Positions 27,715 through 36,672 are shown, counted from the first letter of the stretch. The stretch: DNA of 64,000 bases from Patescibacteria group bacterium (GCA_038065515.1 JBBTQV010000016.1:5462-69461), one strand, 5' to 3'. A program made the numbers and translations. Notes: generated by a model from the sequence alone, not told the origin.

Positions 27715-28239
27715 ATGGGCATTTTCAGTGTGTTCAGCGGTATCAGCCGCGACAACCTGGCCGAGAAGCTCGGGTTGCTGGGTCAAGACCTAGATCGTCG
27801 CATCGACGCCAAGGCCGAAGAGTTTGAAGCCGAGAACGGTCCGAATCCTCTGGCAATCCTAGCCGCCATTAGCCAGGTCGAGTCGGAATTACTGGAGGAG
27901 CACTACACCGGCACGAACATCAAGCAGCTTCACCAGAAGTGGATAGTCATCATGGAGACCATGTACTTCAAGAGGGTCGCGGTGATCAAGGACGATCCGT
28001 CCGTCTTCTTGCACTTCTCCGTGAAGGATGGCATCAGGAAGTTCATCAAAGATCGGTACCGCGAACTAAGCGCAACGGTGGAGTACTCGATGCTCCCCAT
28101 GCTGGCGCTCGTCGATCGGGCCATGCTGGAATGTATGGCCAGCGGAGCACCAAAGGGACAAGACTTTGGCGCTTGGGTCCGTGAGGTCTGCCACTCGGGA
28201 TACAAAGCAAAGGAGGAAGTCCTCAATCATCGTCTCTGA
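27715..28239 (+). CDS. hypothetical protein
   Basis: 174 aa with good RBS and own promoter and terminator. No family recognised. Confidence 0.5.
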   Translation: MGIFSVFSGISRDNLAEKLGLLGQDLDRRIDAKAEEFEAENGPNPLAILAAISQVESELLEEHYTGTNIKQLHQKWIVIMETMYFKRVAVIKDDPSVFLHFSVKDGIRKFIKDRYRELSATVEYSMLPMLALVDRAMLECMASGAPKGQDFGAWVREVCHSGYKAKEEVLNHRL

Positions 28240-28250
28240 ATCTGTCGCGC

Positions 28251-28281
28251 AACGCCCCGGGGTTTCCGGGGCGTTCTTATT
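28251..28281. terminator. rho-independent terminator (bidirectional)
   Basis: aacgccccgg-ggttt-ccggggcgtt stem-loop. Confidence 0.55.
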
Positions 28282-28284
28282 CAT

Positions 28285-28656
28285 CTACTTCTGTGCGACT
28301 TGTCCCGCTAATTTCTTGCCCTCTTCTTCAGGGTCAGCCTCGTCTTCCTCAATCAGAAAAGCTTCTGCTTTATCGTCCTCAATAAGCTCATCCTCTACGG
28401 CATTCATTTCATCCACAATACCGGTTGCCATCGTGACAGTAGCTGCGGCAATATCTTTCTCGGCTTCGGCGATGCGGGCATCCAGTCCGAAACTTTCGAG
28501 CTTCTGCGAGTCCTCGTCGATGCCGGCTGATAGGCCACCGAGTGCGGCCTCATAAAGCGCCAGCTTCTCGCGCAGTTCGTCAGCAAGCTGTTCCAACCCC
28601 CGAATTGCTTTTGCGTCCCGCTTTGTCATGACTTGTTGTGAGTGTATAGCGGTCAT
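28285..28656 (-). CDS. hypothetical acidic coiled-coil protein
   Basis: 123 aa. Start overlaps the stop of the upstream 821-aa gene. Very acidic C-terminus. Confidence 0.4.
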   Translation of the reverse strand: MTAIHSQQVMTKRDAKAIRGLEQLADELREKLALYEAALGGLSAGIDEDSQKLESFGLDARIAEAEKDIAAATVTMATGIVDEMNAVEDELIEDDKAEAFLIEEDEADPEEEGKKLAGQVAQK

Positions 28657-31121
28657 TATTTATTTACTTTAGCTGCAAAGAGGTCTCTGCTTGCCTTAAA
28701 CTTCTTCATCGTGTTCGGTGATAGCCGGAGCTGTTGGTATTTCTGCGTCAGGTCCAATAGCTGCTGCCGTGTCGGAATGCCATCCTGATGCAACCGGGCC
28801 TGCTCGGATGCGACGAACGCAACAAACTCGTCCGGTTTTTCAATCACAAGCTCCACATTGTACGCATTCCATCGCTTCACAAAGTCAGCCGGTTGCCATT
28901 CTTCTGCCATGCGTTGCTCCCTATTGGGCCCCTCGGTCACCGTGGATTGCTCCGGACCCGCTGTCGTTGCAATGCCCGCCTGCGGCGGTGCTTCAACGGT
29001 TGTGCGTTTCGGCCGTGTCAGACCTGCCGCCTCGGGGAATTTCATGCGCTGCGCGATGGTCTTCTGCTTCAGCTCCCATGTATCTATCCCCGCCTGTGCG
29101 CGCGCCAGCGGAGCCCGTGCTTTCGCTACACTCTTATCGGCTTGCGCCTCAAGCCGTTCAAGACTTTTGACCTCCTGCTCAATTTCTTTGATAGCCCGCC
29201 GGGCACGGGAAGACATGAACATCGAACTTCGTTTTCCCGCATCTGCCTTTGCAACTGCGAGCTTCTTAAGCGCATCCTGACGCAACGCCGAAAGATTCTT
29301 CCGAACATCCATTGCTGCGGCTTCTTTGCTTTTCAACACCGTAGCCAACTCCCGGTACGGTTCCAGCTCGCGTTCGTAGCGTTCGGATACCTGCCGTTGT
29401 AAATCATTATGTTTCTCCTGCCAGCGATGTCGGACCGATTCATATTTGTCGACACGGGATTCGCATGTATTCGCATGTTTTTGCCATGCCCGGACCCGAT
29501 TCGCATAAAACAATTTCATAGGCCATCCGGCGTCCTGGGCTGTTGCTTCCCAGTTCGATAACTTGTTGTTCGCCCGATTCAATAGTCCTTGTGTGCGGAC
29601 CTGTTGCATCATGCGCACCTCTGCCATCTGCCGGTGGAATACCGATTCCAAACGCGGGGCAAGTGTATCAAGCCATGGCTTTGTCCCGCTCTTTTCGACC
29701 GCCCAGTCCAGTGCTCCGCGCACATAATCAAACGGGCTGATGTATTCGTGAAGAGGTTTTTGTTCCGGTGCTTCTTTTTCTTTTTGTGCGGGCCGCTCGA
29801 CTGGTTCAGGTGCGGGTGGTTGGGGTTCCTTCAGTTCACTTATTTTCGCTTCTGCCGCTTCGCGCGCCACTTGTATCTCGGGAGACAGCGGTACATTTAC
29901 CCTCTCGGAACCGACTTCTTTTTTCCCCGGTACTTCCGATGGGCCCCGTTCTTGCCGTAAAATATTCAGTGATTCATCGGGTGATGGTGCTACGACTTCC
30001 GGTGAGACCGACAGGGAAGCAGCTTCTTGCTCAAGAAGATTCCTGACCTTTTCCCGCAAGCCGCCGGCCGGAGTTATGTATTGAAGCATTTCCTGAACTG
30101 CCAAAAGATTTCCTTTTTCTTTGCGGAATGTGTCGCGGATGTCTGTGATGTTTCCGATCAGTTCGTCGGCTTTGTAAGGCTTACCGGTAGTGCCGATGAC
30201 TTCCCCTGCCGTGATGAGTAATTCGCGCAACTGATCAAATGACTGCGCTACTGAAAAGTCTGGGCCCTTCTCAATCTTTCCCCTAGGCACTTCAACCAGT
30301 TCGGGTTTTGGTTCCTCTATCGTTTCCATCCGCGGGGGGCGGCCCTCCGCATTGACCTCCAATACACGGGCGCTTACCTTGCCCTCGGTAACGACATCAC
30401 CAACCCGCGAACCAGTCGGATGCTCTGGTTCATTTTTCTCGCCAAATTGGAACCACTTATTTTGTGCTTCTACGGCAATGGCCTGGGCTGATTTTGCCTC
30501 GGGACTGTCCATGCCAAGTCTCCTTTCAATTTCGTACAGCTTTTGAAAAGCTTTCTTGCGTATATCATTCAGACGATCCTTTTCTGGTTCTTCCCTAGCC
30601 TCCTTCTCCTCAAGAGCATCACTGTATTGTTGTGTTAACTTTGTGAGCCGTCGAACTTCTTGCGGTTTCTTTTCGGCTTCGGCGCGTTTCAAGGCCGCCT
30701 CCGCGCTTTCATATTCTTCTTCAATTGAACCGAGCGTTTTCTTTTCACCCGAAAATTCGGCTGCCTTTGCTTTCAGGCCCCTCTCATACGCTATGCGGGC
30801 TTCTTCTATCTCGTTCTTTGCCGTTTCTTTTGCGGCTACATCCGGTGATGGCGTTGCATCAACACGATGCTTGGCGTCTTCGGCTTTCGATTCGACGCTC
30901 CGGTCAATCTGTTCGGGAGTGGACGGCTGTTCTCCGAATTCCTTCCATGATGCTTCTTCCCGTATACGCCATTGCTCTTCACTTTGTCGCGCCTCCTCCA
31001 TATCTTCTTTGTGAGACGACTCTTCCATTGCCGCAAGCCGCACTACCGGACGCGACATGCGGTACGGCGGATGCGGGATTTCAAGTTCTTCGAGAATATT
31101 GTTGGTCATGTTATTATGCAC
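28656..31121 (-). CDS. large (821 aa) charged coiled-coil protein of unknown function
   Basis: Long Glu/Lys/Arg/Ala-rich predicted alpha-helical sequence. No TM, no enzymatic motif. Start overlaps the upstream 90-aa gene. Confidence 0.55.
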   Translation of the reverse strand: MHNNMTNNILEELEIPHPPYRMSRPVVRLAAMEESSHKEDMEEARQSEEQWRIREEASWKEFGEQPSTPEQIDRSVESKAEDAKHRVDATPSPDVAAKETAKNEIEEARIAYERGLKAKAAEFSGEKKTLGSIEEEYESAEAALKRAEAEKKPQEVRRLTKLTQQYSDALEEKEAREEPEKDRLNDIRKKAFQKLYEIERRLGMDSPEAKSAQAIAVEAQNKWFQFGEKNEPEHPTGSRVGDVVTEGKVSARVLEVNAEGRPPRMETIEEPKPELVEVPRGKIEKGPDFSVAQSFDQLRELLITAGEVIGTTGKPYKADELIGNITDIRDTFRKEKGNLLAVQEMLQYITPAGGLREKVRNLLEQEAASLSVSPEVVAPSPDESLNILRQERGPSEVPGKKEVGSERVNVPLSPEIQVAREAAEAKISELKEPQPPAPEPVERPAQKEKEAPEQKPLHEYISPFDYVRGALDWAVEKSGTKPWLDTLAPRLESVFHRQMAEVRMMQQVRTQGLLNRANNKLSNWEATAQDAGWPMKLFYANRVRAWQKHANTCESRVDKYESVRHRWQEKHNDLQRQVSERYERELEPYRELATVLKSKEAAAMDVRKNLSALRQDALKKLAVAKADAGKRSSMFMSSRARRAIKEIEQEVKSLERLEAQADKSVAKARAPLARAQAGIDTWELKQKTIAQRMKFPEAAGLTRPKRTTVEAPPQAGIATTAGPEQSTVTEGPNREQRMAEEWQPADFVKRWNAYNVELVIEKPDEFVAFVASEQARLHQDGIPTRQQLLDLTQKYQQLRLSPNTMKKFKASRDLFAAKVNK

Positions 31122-31386
31122 CGATGCTCGCTTTGATGCGTTCTATTTCTTCCTGTGCACCTGCGGCCTGTTGTGACTTTGCCTGTGCAAGATAATCGAC
31201 AACAATAGCGTCCATTTTGTCGATGGCCAGCTTCGCAAGGCGCTTGCGCTCTTCCAGTGATACCTCCATCGCTGCGCTTCCGGTAACCGCCGGTTTCTGC
31301 GTTAGTTCGTCAAGTTTCGCCAAAATATCGGCGCCCAATGCTTGGGCTTGCGCGCCCACATCCTGAACTGCCGGTTCGTCTGGCAT
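31114..31386 (-). CDS. hypothetical small helical protein
   Basis: 90 aa, Ala/Gln-rich. Translationally coupled to the 821-aa gene. Confidence 0.4.
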   Translation of the reverse strand: MPDEPAVQDVGAQAQALGADILAKLDELTQKPAVTGSAAMEVSLEERKRLAKLAIDKMDAIVVDYLAQAKSQQAAGAQEEIERIKASIGA

Positions 31387-31439
31387 ATGGATACAGTATA
31401 CCCCGCTCTTGTGGCGGGGTCGCGTACCAACTGTGGATA

Positions 31440-32114
31440 CTATTTTAGCCGGAATGCCCCGGCAAGGGTCGCCAGTAAGCCTTTCTTCGCGGATTGAGCC
31501 GGTCCTTTTTGCATCTGCACAATCGCCACATGCGCTACGGCGGGAGCATGCTCCGTGGCATGCGACACCGCCGCCAGCACAGCGGAGCCGACCCGCGCCA
31601 GCCGTTCGTCTTCGACGCGCTGCACGAGCGATGAAAGCGTCGCGATTCGCGTTCGCATATCGCGGCGTTGGTCTATGGTTAGCATGTGTTGGACGGAGGC
31701 ATACGAAACTTTTACGCGATGATGGAGGTCACGGACAGCCGAAAGGTCAATCTGCTGCATTGTGGCCGGATATTCGGTGCGCAGCTTATTGATCAATCCC
31801 ATCAGCGCACGCCGCTCCTTTGATTGGGCCGGTGCCTCTGCCTGTTCATCCAGTTCCTGAAGCTTCTCCTGTGCGGCATCCAAACCATCATGAAGCATCT
31901 GAAGCTTTGCCTTCGTCAATTTGTTCTTCAGCGCAAACTCGAATGCCGATTCAAGAGACACGACATCCGCCAGAATATGCCGGACCTGTTCGTCATAAAG
32001 CTCCAACGGAATCAGAATGCGCGGCTCTTCAGGCGTTTTGACCGTTTGCCATTCAGCTTTCAGCGCTCGTATCTTCCGCTCGATTTCCGATTCGATATGT
32101 TCCGGGCTCGTCAT
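31440..32114 (-). CDS. hypothetical coiled-coil protein
   Basis: 224 aa. First gene of the apparent operon downstream of rnhA. Confidence 0.45.
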   Translation of the reverse strand: MTSPEHIESEIERKIRALKAEWQTVKTPEEPRILIPLELYDEQVRHILADVVSLESAFEFALKNKLTKAKLQMLHDGLDAAQEKLQELDEQAEAPAQSKERRALMGLINKLRTEYPATMQQIDLSAVRDLHHRVKVSYASVQHMLTIDQRRDMRTRIATLSSLVQRVEDERLARVGSAVLAAVSHATEHAPAVAHVAIVQMQKGPAQSAKKGLLATLAGAFRLK

Positions 32115-32129
32115 GATGCTTTCATTATA

Positions 32130-32576
32130 CTACAGCTCAAGTTTCGGGGAATCTTGTCGGTCAAGCGCTTCGTTGACCATGGCATCGGCGTCCTTGTTGT
32201 GCTCGCGGCGGACATGCGTGAACGAAATTTTGGCAAAATCCTGCCGCGCGTTGTACAAATCAACGAATAATTTCTTGAGTCCGGCATCGCGGACTTTGTA
32301 TTCCCCGTTCACCTGACGCACAAGCAATTCGCTGTCTGCCATCACGCGCACATGCGCCGCGCGGGCGCGTTCGGCTCCGATGAGCGTTTTCAGTTTGTTC
32401 AGCGCAAGAATCGCCGCGGAGTACTCGGCAACATTGTTGGTCTGCACCCCTAGGTAGTGTCCTTGCTCGGTCCGGCGGATATCCGGACCTTCAATAACAT
32501 ACCCCGCCGCAGCAGGACCGGGATTTCCACGGGACCCGCCGTCGGTGTATACGGTGTACACAGATATGCTACTCAT
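32130..32576 (-). CDS. rnhA: ribonuclease HI
   Basis: YTDGGSRGNPGPAAAGYV, AEYSAAILAL, HVRREHNKDADAMVNEA (DEDD catalytic residues). Start MSSISVYT chosen; ORF-track start 32636 would overlap the upstream gene. Confidence 0.85.
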   Translation of the reverse strand: MSSISVYTVYTDGGSRGNPGPAAAGYVIEGPDIRRTEQGHYLGVQTNNVAEYSAAILALNKLKTLIGAERARAAHVRVMADSELLVRQVNGEYKVRDAGLKKLFVDLYNARQDFAKISFTHVRREHNKDADAMVNEALDRQDSPKLEL

Positions 32577-33165
32577 ATTTCCGGTCCATGAGCTTCTTGA
32601 AGATTTCGTAGGTCGCACGCGCATCCACAAGCGCATCGTGCCACTGCTGGTTCTTGAGATGAAAATATCTTACTACTTCACGCATACGAAATCCGTCCAT
32701 ATGTGAACGGTACAAGTCGCTGAAAATCATACTCTGCACATCCAGTACCTGCCAATGATACGAGGGCTCGATGCCCACCTGATGAAATGATTTCTTGAGC
32801 TGAAAGAAATCACCGACAACATTATACCCGATGAGTACCGCGCCGCTGACGAATGCATCGAACCGCATCAGCGCCTCTTTCAGCGGTATGGCGTCTTTCC
32901 ATTTGCGCGCAGAATAACCAATGAGCTCCAGTGCTTTGCGGTCACCGTTCTCCATGTGTCGCGGTTTTACCCGCGTCTGCCATTCGCCGATAATTTCAAA
33001 TTTTGGCTGGTTCACCAACACAACACCGATTTGCAGTATCTCGTTGATAGCAGACAGTCCGGAAAATTCCAAGTCGACGAACGCTAGCGGCCGCTCCTTG
33101 ATACGCGTATCCGATACATACCGCAACGGCATCTTTTCTTTTGGTTTTTTTACTTTATGCTCCAT
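32569..33165 (-). CDS. dnaQ: DEDDh 3'-5' exonuclease (DnaQ/epsilon-like)
   Basis: Exo I FVDLEFSGL, Exo II YNVVGDFFQL, Exo III HDALVDARATYEIF. Confidence 0.7.
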   Translation of the reverse strand: MEHKVKKPKEKMPLRYVSDTRIKERPLAFVDLEFSGLSAINEILQIGVVLVNQPKFEIIGEWQTRVKPRHMENGDRKALELIGYSARKWKDAIPLKEALMRFDAFVSGAVLIGYNVVGDFFQLKKSFHQVGIEPSYHWQVLDVQSMIFSDLYRSHMDGFRMREVVRYFHLKNQQWHDALVDARATYEIFKKLMDRKYE

Positions 33166-33168
33166 GTT

Positions 33169-34164
33169 TCATGCTTCATCGTAATACCCAAGTACTTTGA
33201 GCCCTGGTAGCTGTGTGCCCGCAAGAAATGCGAGCATCGCTCCCCCGCCGGTGGAAACAAATGTAAACTTCTCCAGCAGTCCGAGAACATCAACCGCAGA
33301 AATGGTATCACCGCCCCCGATAATCGACAATGCGCCGCTTGCGGCGATGGCACGGGCGATCGCTTCGGTTCCGGCCATGAATCGCGCATCCTCAAAACGC
33401 CCCATGGGCCCGTTCCAAATAATGAGCTTCGCTCCTTCCGCGAGCACCGTAAATGCCCGCGTCGTCTCGGGCCCGATGTCCCGTGCGTGGCCATCGTCCA
33501 TGATAAAATCCGTCGGCAAGTGCAGTCGTGAGTCTTGCGTATTGATATTTGTCATCCCTGCGAGAATCTCATTGGCAGCCACACCGCCGACGGCAACATG
33601 CTCTGCTCGTACGATAAGATGTTCGATGACCGGTATCTTCGTGCTCGCCTTGGCACCGCCGATGTAGACTACTTTCCCCTGCGCGGGTGCATTAATGGCT
33701 TTCACAAGCTGTCGGGTTTCTTCCTGTATCAGCAAGCCGGCATACGCGGGCAAGAGTTTTGCCGCCGCAACAACCGATGCATGCTCGCGATGGCACACCG
33801 CGAACGCACTATTTACATAGAGGTCGCATCCCGCGACCAGCTCGCGTGCAAACGATTCGTCGTTGGTTTCTTCTCCGGGATGCTGGCGCGTGTTCTCCAA
33901 CAGCACTACCTCATCCCCGAATGTAACGCCAAGCAATTGCTCCAATTGCGGTTTGAGCGGTTCAAAACTTGGCACCGCGGAGATGTGTGCCGCCAACACT
34001 ACATGCGCGCCGCGCGAAAGCAGATAGTCCAGCGTTGGCTTCTGCCGCACGATGCGATAGCGTTCGGCAATCGTGCCATCAGTATTCACAGGTACATCAA
34101 AATCCGCGCGCAGAAATACTTTCTTGCCGCGTATATTCCCTGCTTGGTCGAGTGTACGCATCAT
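33169..34164 (-). CDS. pgk: phosphoglycerate kinase (compact, 331 aa)
   Basis: VFLRADFDVP, LENTRQHPGEE, IIGGGDT, STGGGA. ATG overlaps the RT1 stop (ATGA). Confidence 0.9.
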   Translation of the reverse strand: MMRTLDQAGNIRGKKVFLRADFDVPVNTDGTIAERYRIVRQKPTLDYLLSRGAHVVLAAHISAVPSFEPLKPQLEQLLGVTFGDEVVLLENTRQHPGEETNDESFARELVAGCDLYVNSAFAVCHREHASVVAAAKLLPAYAGLLIQEETRQLVKAINAPAQGKVVYIGGAKASTKIPVIEHLIVRAEHVAVGGVAANEILAGMTNINTQDSRLHLPTDFIMDDGHARDIGPETTRAFTVLAEGAKLIIWNGPMGRFEDARFMAGTEAIARAIAASGALSIIGGGDTISAVDVLGLLEKFTFVSTGGGAMLAFLAGTQLPGLKVLGYYDEA

Positions 34165-35150
34165 ATGCTCTCTCGAATATTATAGGTATTTCCGTGTCCC
34201 AACAACCCCCGATATGACTGCCTTGTTGCTTCTACCGGACATTCCCGCAACCGTCTGAACATCCGGCGCTTTGTATTCATCCGCAGTACTCGGTGATCCG
34301 GGAAGTGCGCCCAGCCCAGGAAGTCGATGCCGGAAGCTAGAGTGCGGAGAGAAACCTTGTGTGGATGCAAATCGAGATGAAGTTTTTCCTGCAGAAAGTC
34401 GCCGATACGAGACAGGAGTTCCTGCAAATAAGACTTGTCGCCGTGCAGAATTGCAAAGTCGTCCGCGTAGCGGATGTAGTGTTTCACTTTGAGCGCGTGT
34501 TTCACCCACTGATCAAACTCGTTCATATAGATATTCACCATGAGCTGTGATGTCAGGTTGCCGAGAGGGAGGCCCGGGAAGAAGCTGGAAATAATGCGGG
34601 ACAGAAGCCAGAGGGTATCGGAGTCAGGAATGTGTTTAGCTATGATGTCGTTCAGAATGTCGTGGTCTATACTGGCAAAAAACTTGCGGATGTCGCACTG
34701 TAGCACCCAGCAGGTGCGGGTATGATTCTGGGAGACCCGGTACCCAAAGGCGCGAAACCGGTTTAGTGCACGATGCGTGCCTTTGCCCAGCTGACAGGAG
34801 AAGGAGTCGGCAATGAATTTCCTGCTGAAATAGTGACACAGCACCCGATGCACGGCGTGGTGCAGAAGGCGGTCCCGCACACTTGCTTTGTGGATACTCC
34901 GTGGCTTTGGGTCAGAAATGTTAAATGCTTCGTATGGTGAGTGGTGATATGTTTTTGCAATCAGATCGTTATGGAGCATAACAACATTATCCATTAGGTT
35001 GTGCTCAAAATCCTGCACATCTCTACGGGCCCGCTTGCCGCCCAAAAACTCCTTCCATGCTCCAAGGAGATTTTCCAAAGAAATGATATGCTGAAAGCCC
35101 TCATCAAGCTGAATATGACTCATTCGCCCAATAATACCCCCCCGGCTCAT
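34161..35150 (-). CDS. diversity-generating retroelement reverse transcriptase (DGR-1 RT)
   Basis: RT motifs: LPLGNLTSQLMVNIYMNEFD (DGR-specific SQ in motif 4) and YIRYADDFAIL (motif 5/C). A TR/VR pair is adjacent. True start may be the internal Met at 35123 (MSHIQLDEGF). Confidence 0.85.
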   Translation of the reverse strand: MSRGGIIGRMSHIQLDEGFQHIISLENLLGAWKEFLGGKRARRDVQDFEHNLMDNVVMLHNDLIAKTYHHSPYEAFNISDPKPRSIHKASVRDRLLHHAVHRVLCHYFSRKFIADSFSCQLGKGTHRALNRFRAFGYRVSQNHTRTCWVLQCDIRKFFASIDHDILNDIIAKHIPDSDTLWLLSRIISSFFPGLPLGNLTSQLMVNIYMNEFDQWVKHALKVKHYIRYADDFAILHGDKSYLQELLSRIGDFLQEKLHLDLHPHKVSLRTLASGIDFLGWAHFPDHRVLRMNTKRRMFRRLRECPVEATRQSYRGLLGHGNTYNIRESI

Positions 35151-35508
35151 TCCACTACTCCAAAGCGCAAAAAGCGCTTACGGACTTTGGTATAGCTATC
35201 TTCAGACACTCCCGAAAACCCATCGGCACTCCCTGGGCGTGAGGGTTGATGCGTTATTTATTGAAATCATTGAGACACTCGCAGTCGCGAGTTTTCTGGT
35301 GCGTGAAGAAAAAATCCCTTATGTGCGTATTGCTATCAGAAAAACGGATACCCTCAAAATACTACTGATGGTGCTCTGGGAAACAAAATCACTCGACGAT
35401 AAAAAGTACATCGCACTATCGCTCAAGATAGACGAGATTGGCAGGATGCTTGGCGGATGGAGCGGTCAACTTCAAAAACAAAACTCCCCCACGAAGGGAG
35501 AGAAATGA
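35115..35508 (+). CDS. avd: Avd-like four-helix-bundle protein (DGR-1 accessory variability determinant), N-terminal segment out of frame at a C7 tract
   Basis: ORF-track GTG 35239..35508. The same frame upstream (from 35119) encodes ...AYGLWYSYLQTLPKTHRHSLG, matching the Avd/IVS N-terminal helix, but has no start. ATG 35115 is in the -1-adjacent frame and is joined by deleting one C from the C7 run at 35137-35143. Opposite strand to the RT. Confidence 0.6.
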
Positions 35509-35515
35509 AGAGAGT

Positions 35516-35647
35516 TGCGCGGGGCCAAGAACACCCACCGATTGTCAGGGTACCAGGCATTGTCGGGCTTACCGTAGTTGCTGTTCAACCACCGGTCACT
35601 GCTGTCGTGTTCGACATTGAACACCTTCAGGTAGTCGTCCGAGTCCG
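35516..35647 (-). repeat. DGR-1 template repeat (TR1)
   Basis: 132 bp, near-identical to the target1 3' end. Differs at 14 positions, every one an adenine in TR (coding/minus strand). Lies inside the spurious ORF 35472..35768. Confidence 0.85.
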
Positions 35648-35883
35648 TGTATAAAGGATGCCGTCTATGCCACTGTCCCTCGAATGCTCTTGGGACTGTA
35701 TCGTATTCGGCATCATTAATGCCATAACATCCTTTACCAAGTATCTTCATTTTTTGAAGTTTCTGCATATGTCCTCCATCTCAAACCGTAATCGGAGATG
35801 TTCTCAACATACGGATACTGGATTCGGCAGCGGGAAACCGTAATCTCCCACATATTCGCCTAATACCAAAGTGAGTATACCAG

Positions 35884-35925
35884 AATAAAGAAAGTGGCCG
35901 TACACGCTTTCGCATGCACGGCCAC
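35884..35925 (-). terminator. rho-independent terminator after DGR-1 target gene
   Basis: gtggccgt...acggccac 8-bp stem followed (minus strand) by TTTCTTTATT. Confidence 0.5.
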
Positions 35926-35988
35926 CAGACGGGGCCGAAGGACTAAGGTTCAGAGGTCAGACAGACCAAAGAAACTAAGTGCCGAGGA

Positions 35989-36603
35989 CTAAGTCGTGCG
36001 CGGGGCCAAGAACACCCACCGACCGGCAGGGTACCAGGCATGGCCGGGCTCACCGTAGTAGCTGTACAACCACCGGCCACTGCCGACGTGTTCGACACTG
36101 AACACCTTCAGGTAGCCGCCCGAGTCCGCGAGGGGCTCCATGGCAATCAGGAGCCATTCTCCGGGGGGTTGATCAGGGTACTGCAGACGAAGCTGCGGAC
36201 CGACCTCGGCGGGACAGAGCCGGAGTCCCAACTCCAGAGCACGGGCGTAGATGGTATCGCGGCGAGCGGCCTGGGTGAAGCCCAGATCAGTGCCGGAGAC
36301 GATAACGAGATCGAGCTTGGTCTTCTTGGGGCTCATGCTGTTCTTGGCCAGGATCCGACCGGCGTAGTCGCTGATGCGGAAGCCCGCGGATACCAGCGAT
36401 GCGCGGAGCCCGTCCACGGTCTTGAAGGTACCAAGTGTGATGGTCTTCCAGACCGGGAACTGGGGCCAGGGGTCCTCCTTGCGGAGGAACCGCTTGAAGG
36501 CGGCGAACCACTGGGGACCTTCGGGTCCGGCGAGTTTCTCAAAAAATGCCTTGAACGGTCCGGCCGTCTCGGCCAGAGCGCTTGCGTCGAGCATGATGGA
36601 CAT
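35989..36603 (-). CDS. DGR-1 target protein (204 aa, no signal peptide) with C-terminal variable region
   Basis: C-terminus ...YLKVFSVEHVGSGRWLYSYYGEPGHAWYPAGRWVFLAPR is the VR counterpart of TR1 (N/D/K in TR become Y/G/H/E/A/V here). Confidence 0.75.
   Translation of the reverse strand: MSIMLDASALAETAGPFKAFFEKLAGPEGPQWFAAFKRFLRKEDPWPQFPVWKTITLGTFKTVDGLRASLVSAGFRISDYAGRILAKNSMSPKKTKLDLVIVSGTDLGFTQAARRDTIYARALELGLRLCPAEVGPQLRLQYPDQPPGEWLLIAMEPLADSGGYLKVFSVEHVGSGRWLYSYYGEPGHAWYPAGRWVFLAPRTT
35997..36128 (-). repeat. DGR-1 variable repeat (VR1) at 3' end of target gene
   Basis: Aligned base-by-base to TR1. All 14 mismatches correspond to TR adenines. GC-rich IMH-like end (GGCCCCGCGCA) shared with TR. 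Confidence 0.85.
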
Positions 36604-36672
36604 GGTCGACTCCTTTCAGAAAACGAGGAAAGTGGTTTTTAACGAGCGCAGGGACTGATGTCACCCTGTATT

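Noticed and set aside
35472-35768. 98-aa minus-strand ORF from the track (MQKLQKMKILGKGCYG...WVFLAPRNSLHFSPFVGEFCF)
   Set aside because: Its 3' two-thirds is the DGR-1 template repeat (adenine-rich cognate of VR1). TRs are non-coding templates. The ORF overlaps the Avd1 3' end on the other strand.
36040-36642. 200-aa plus-strand ORF
   Set aside because: Antisense to DGR-1 target gene, a GC-rich shadow ORF.
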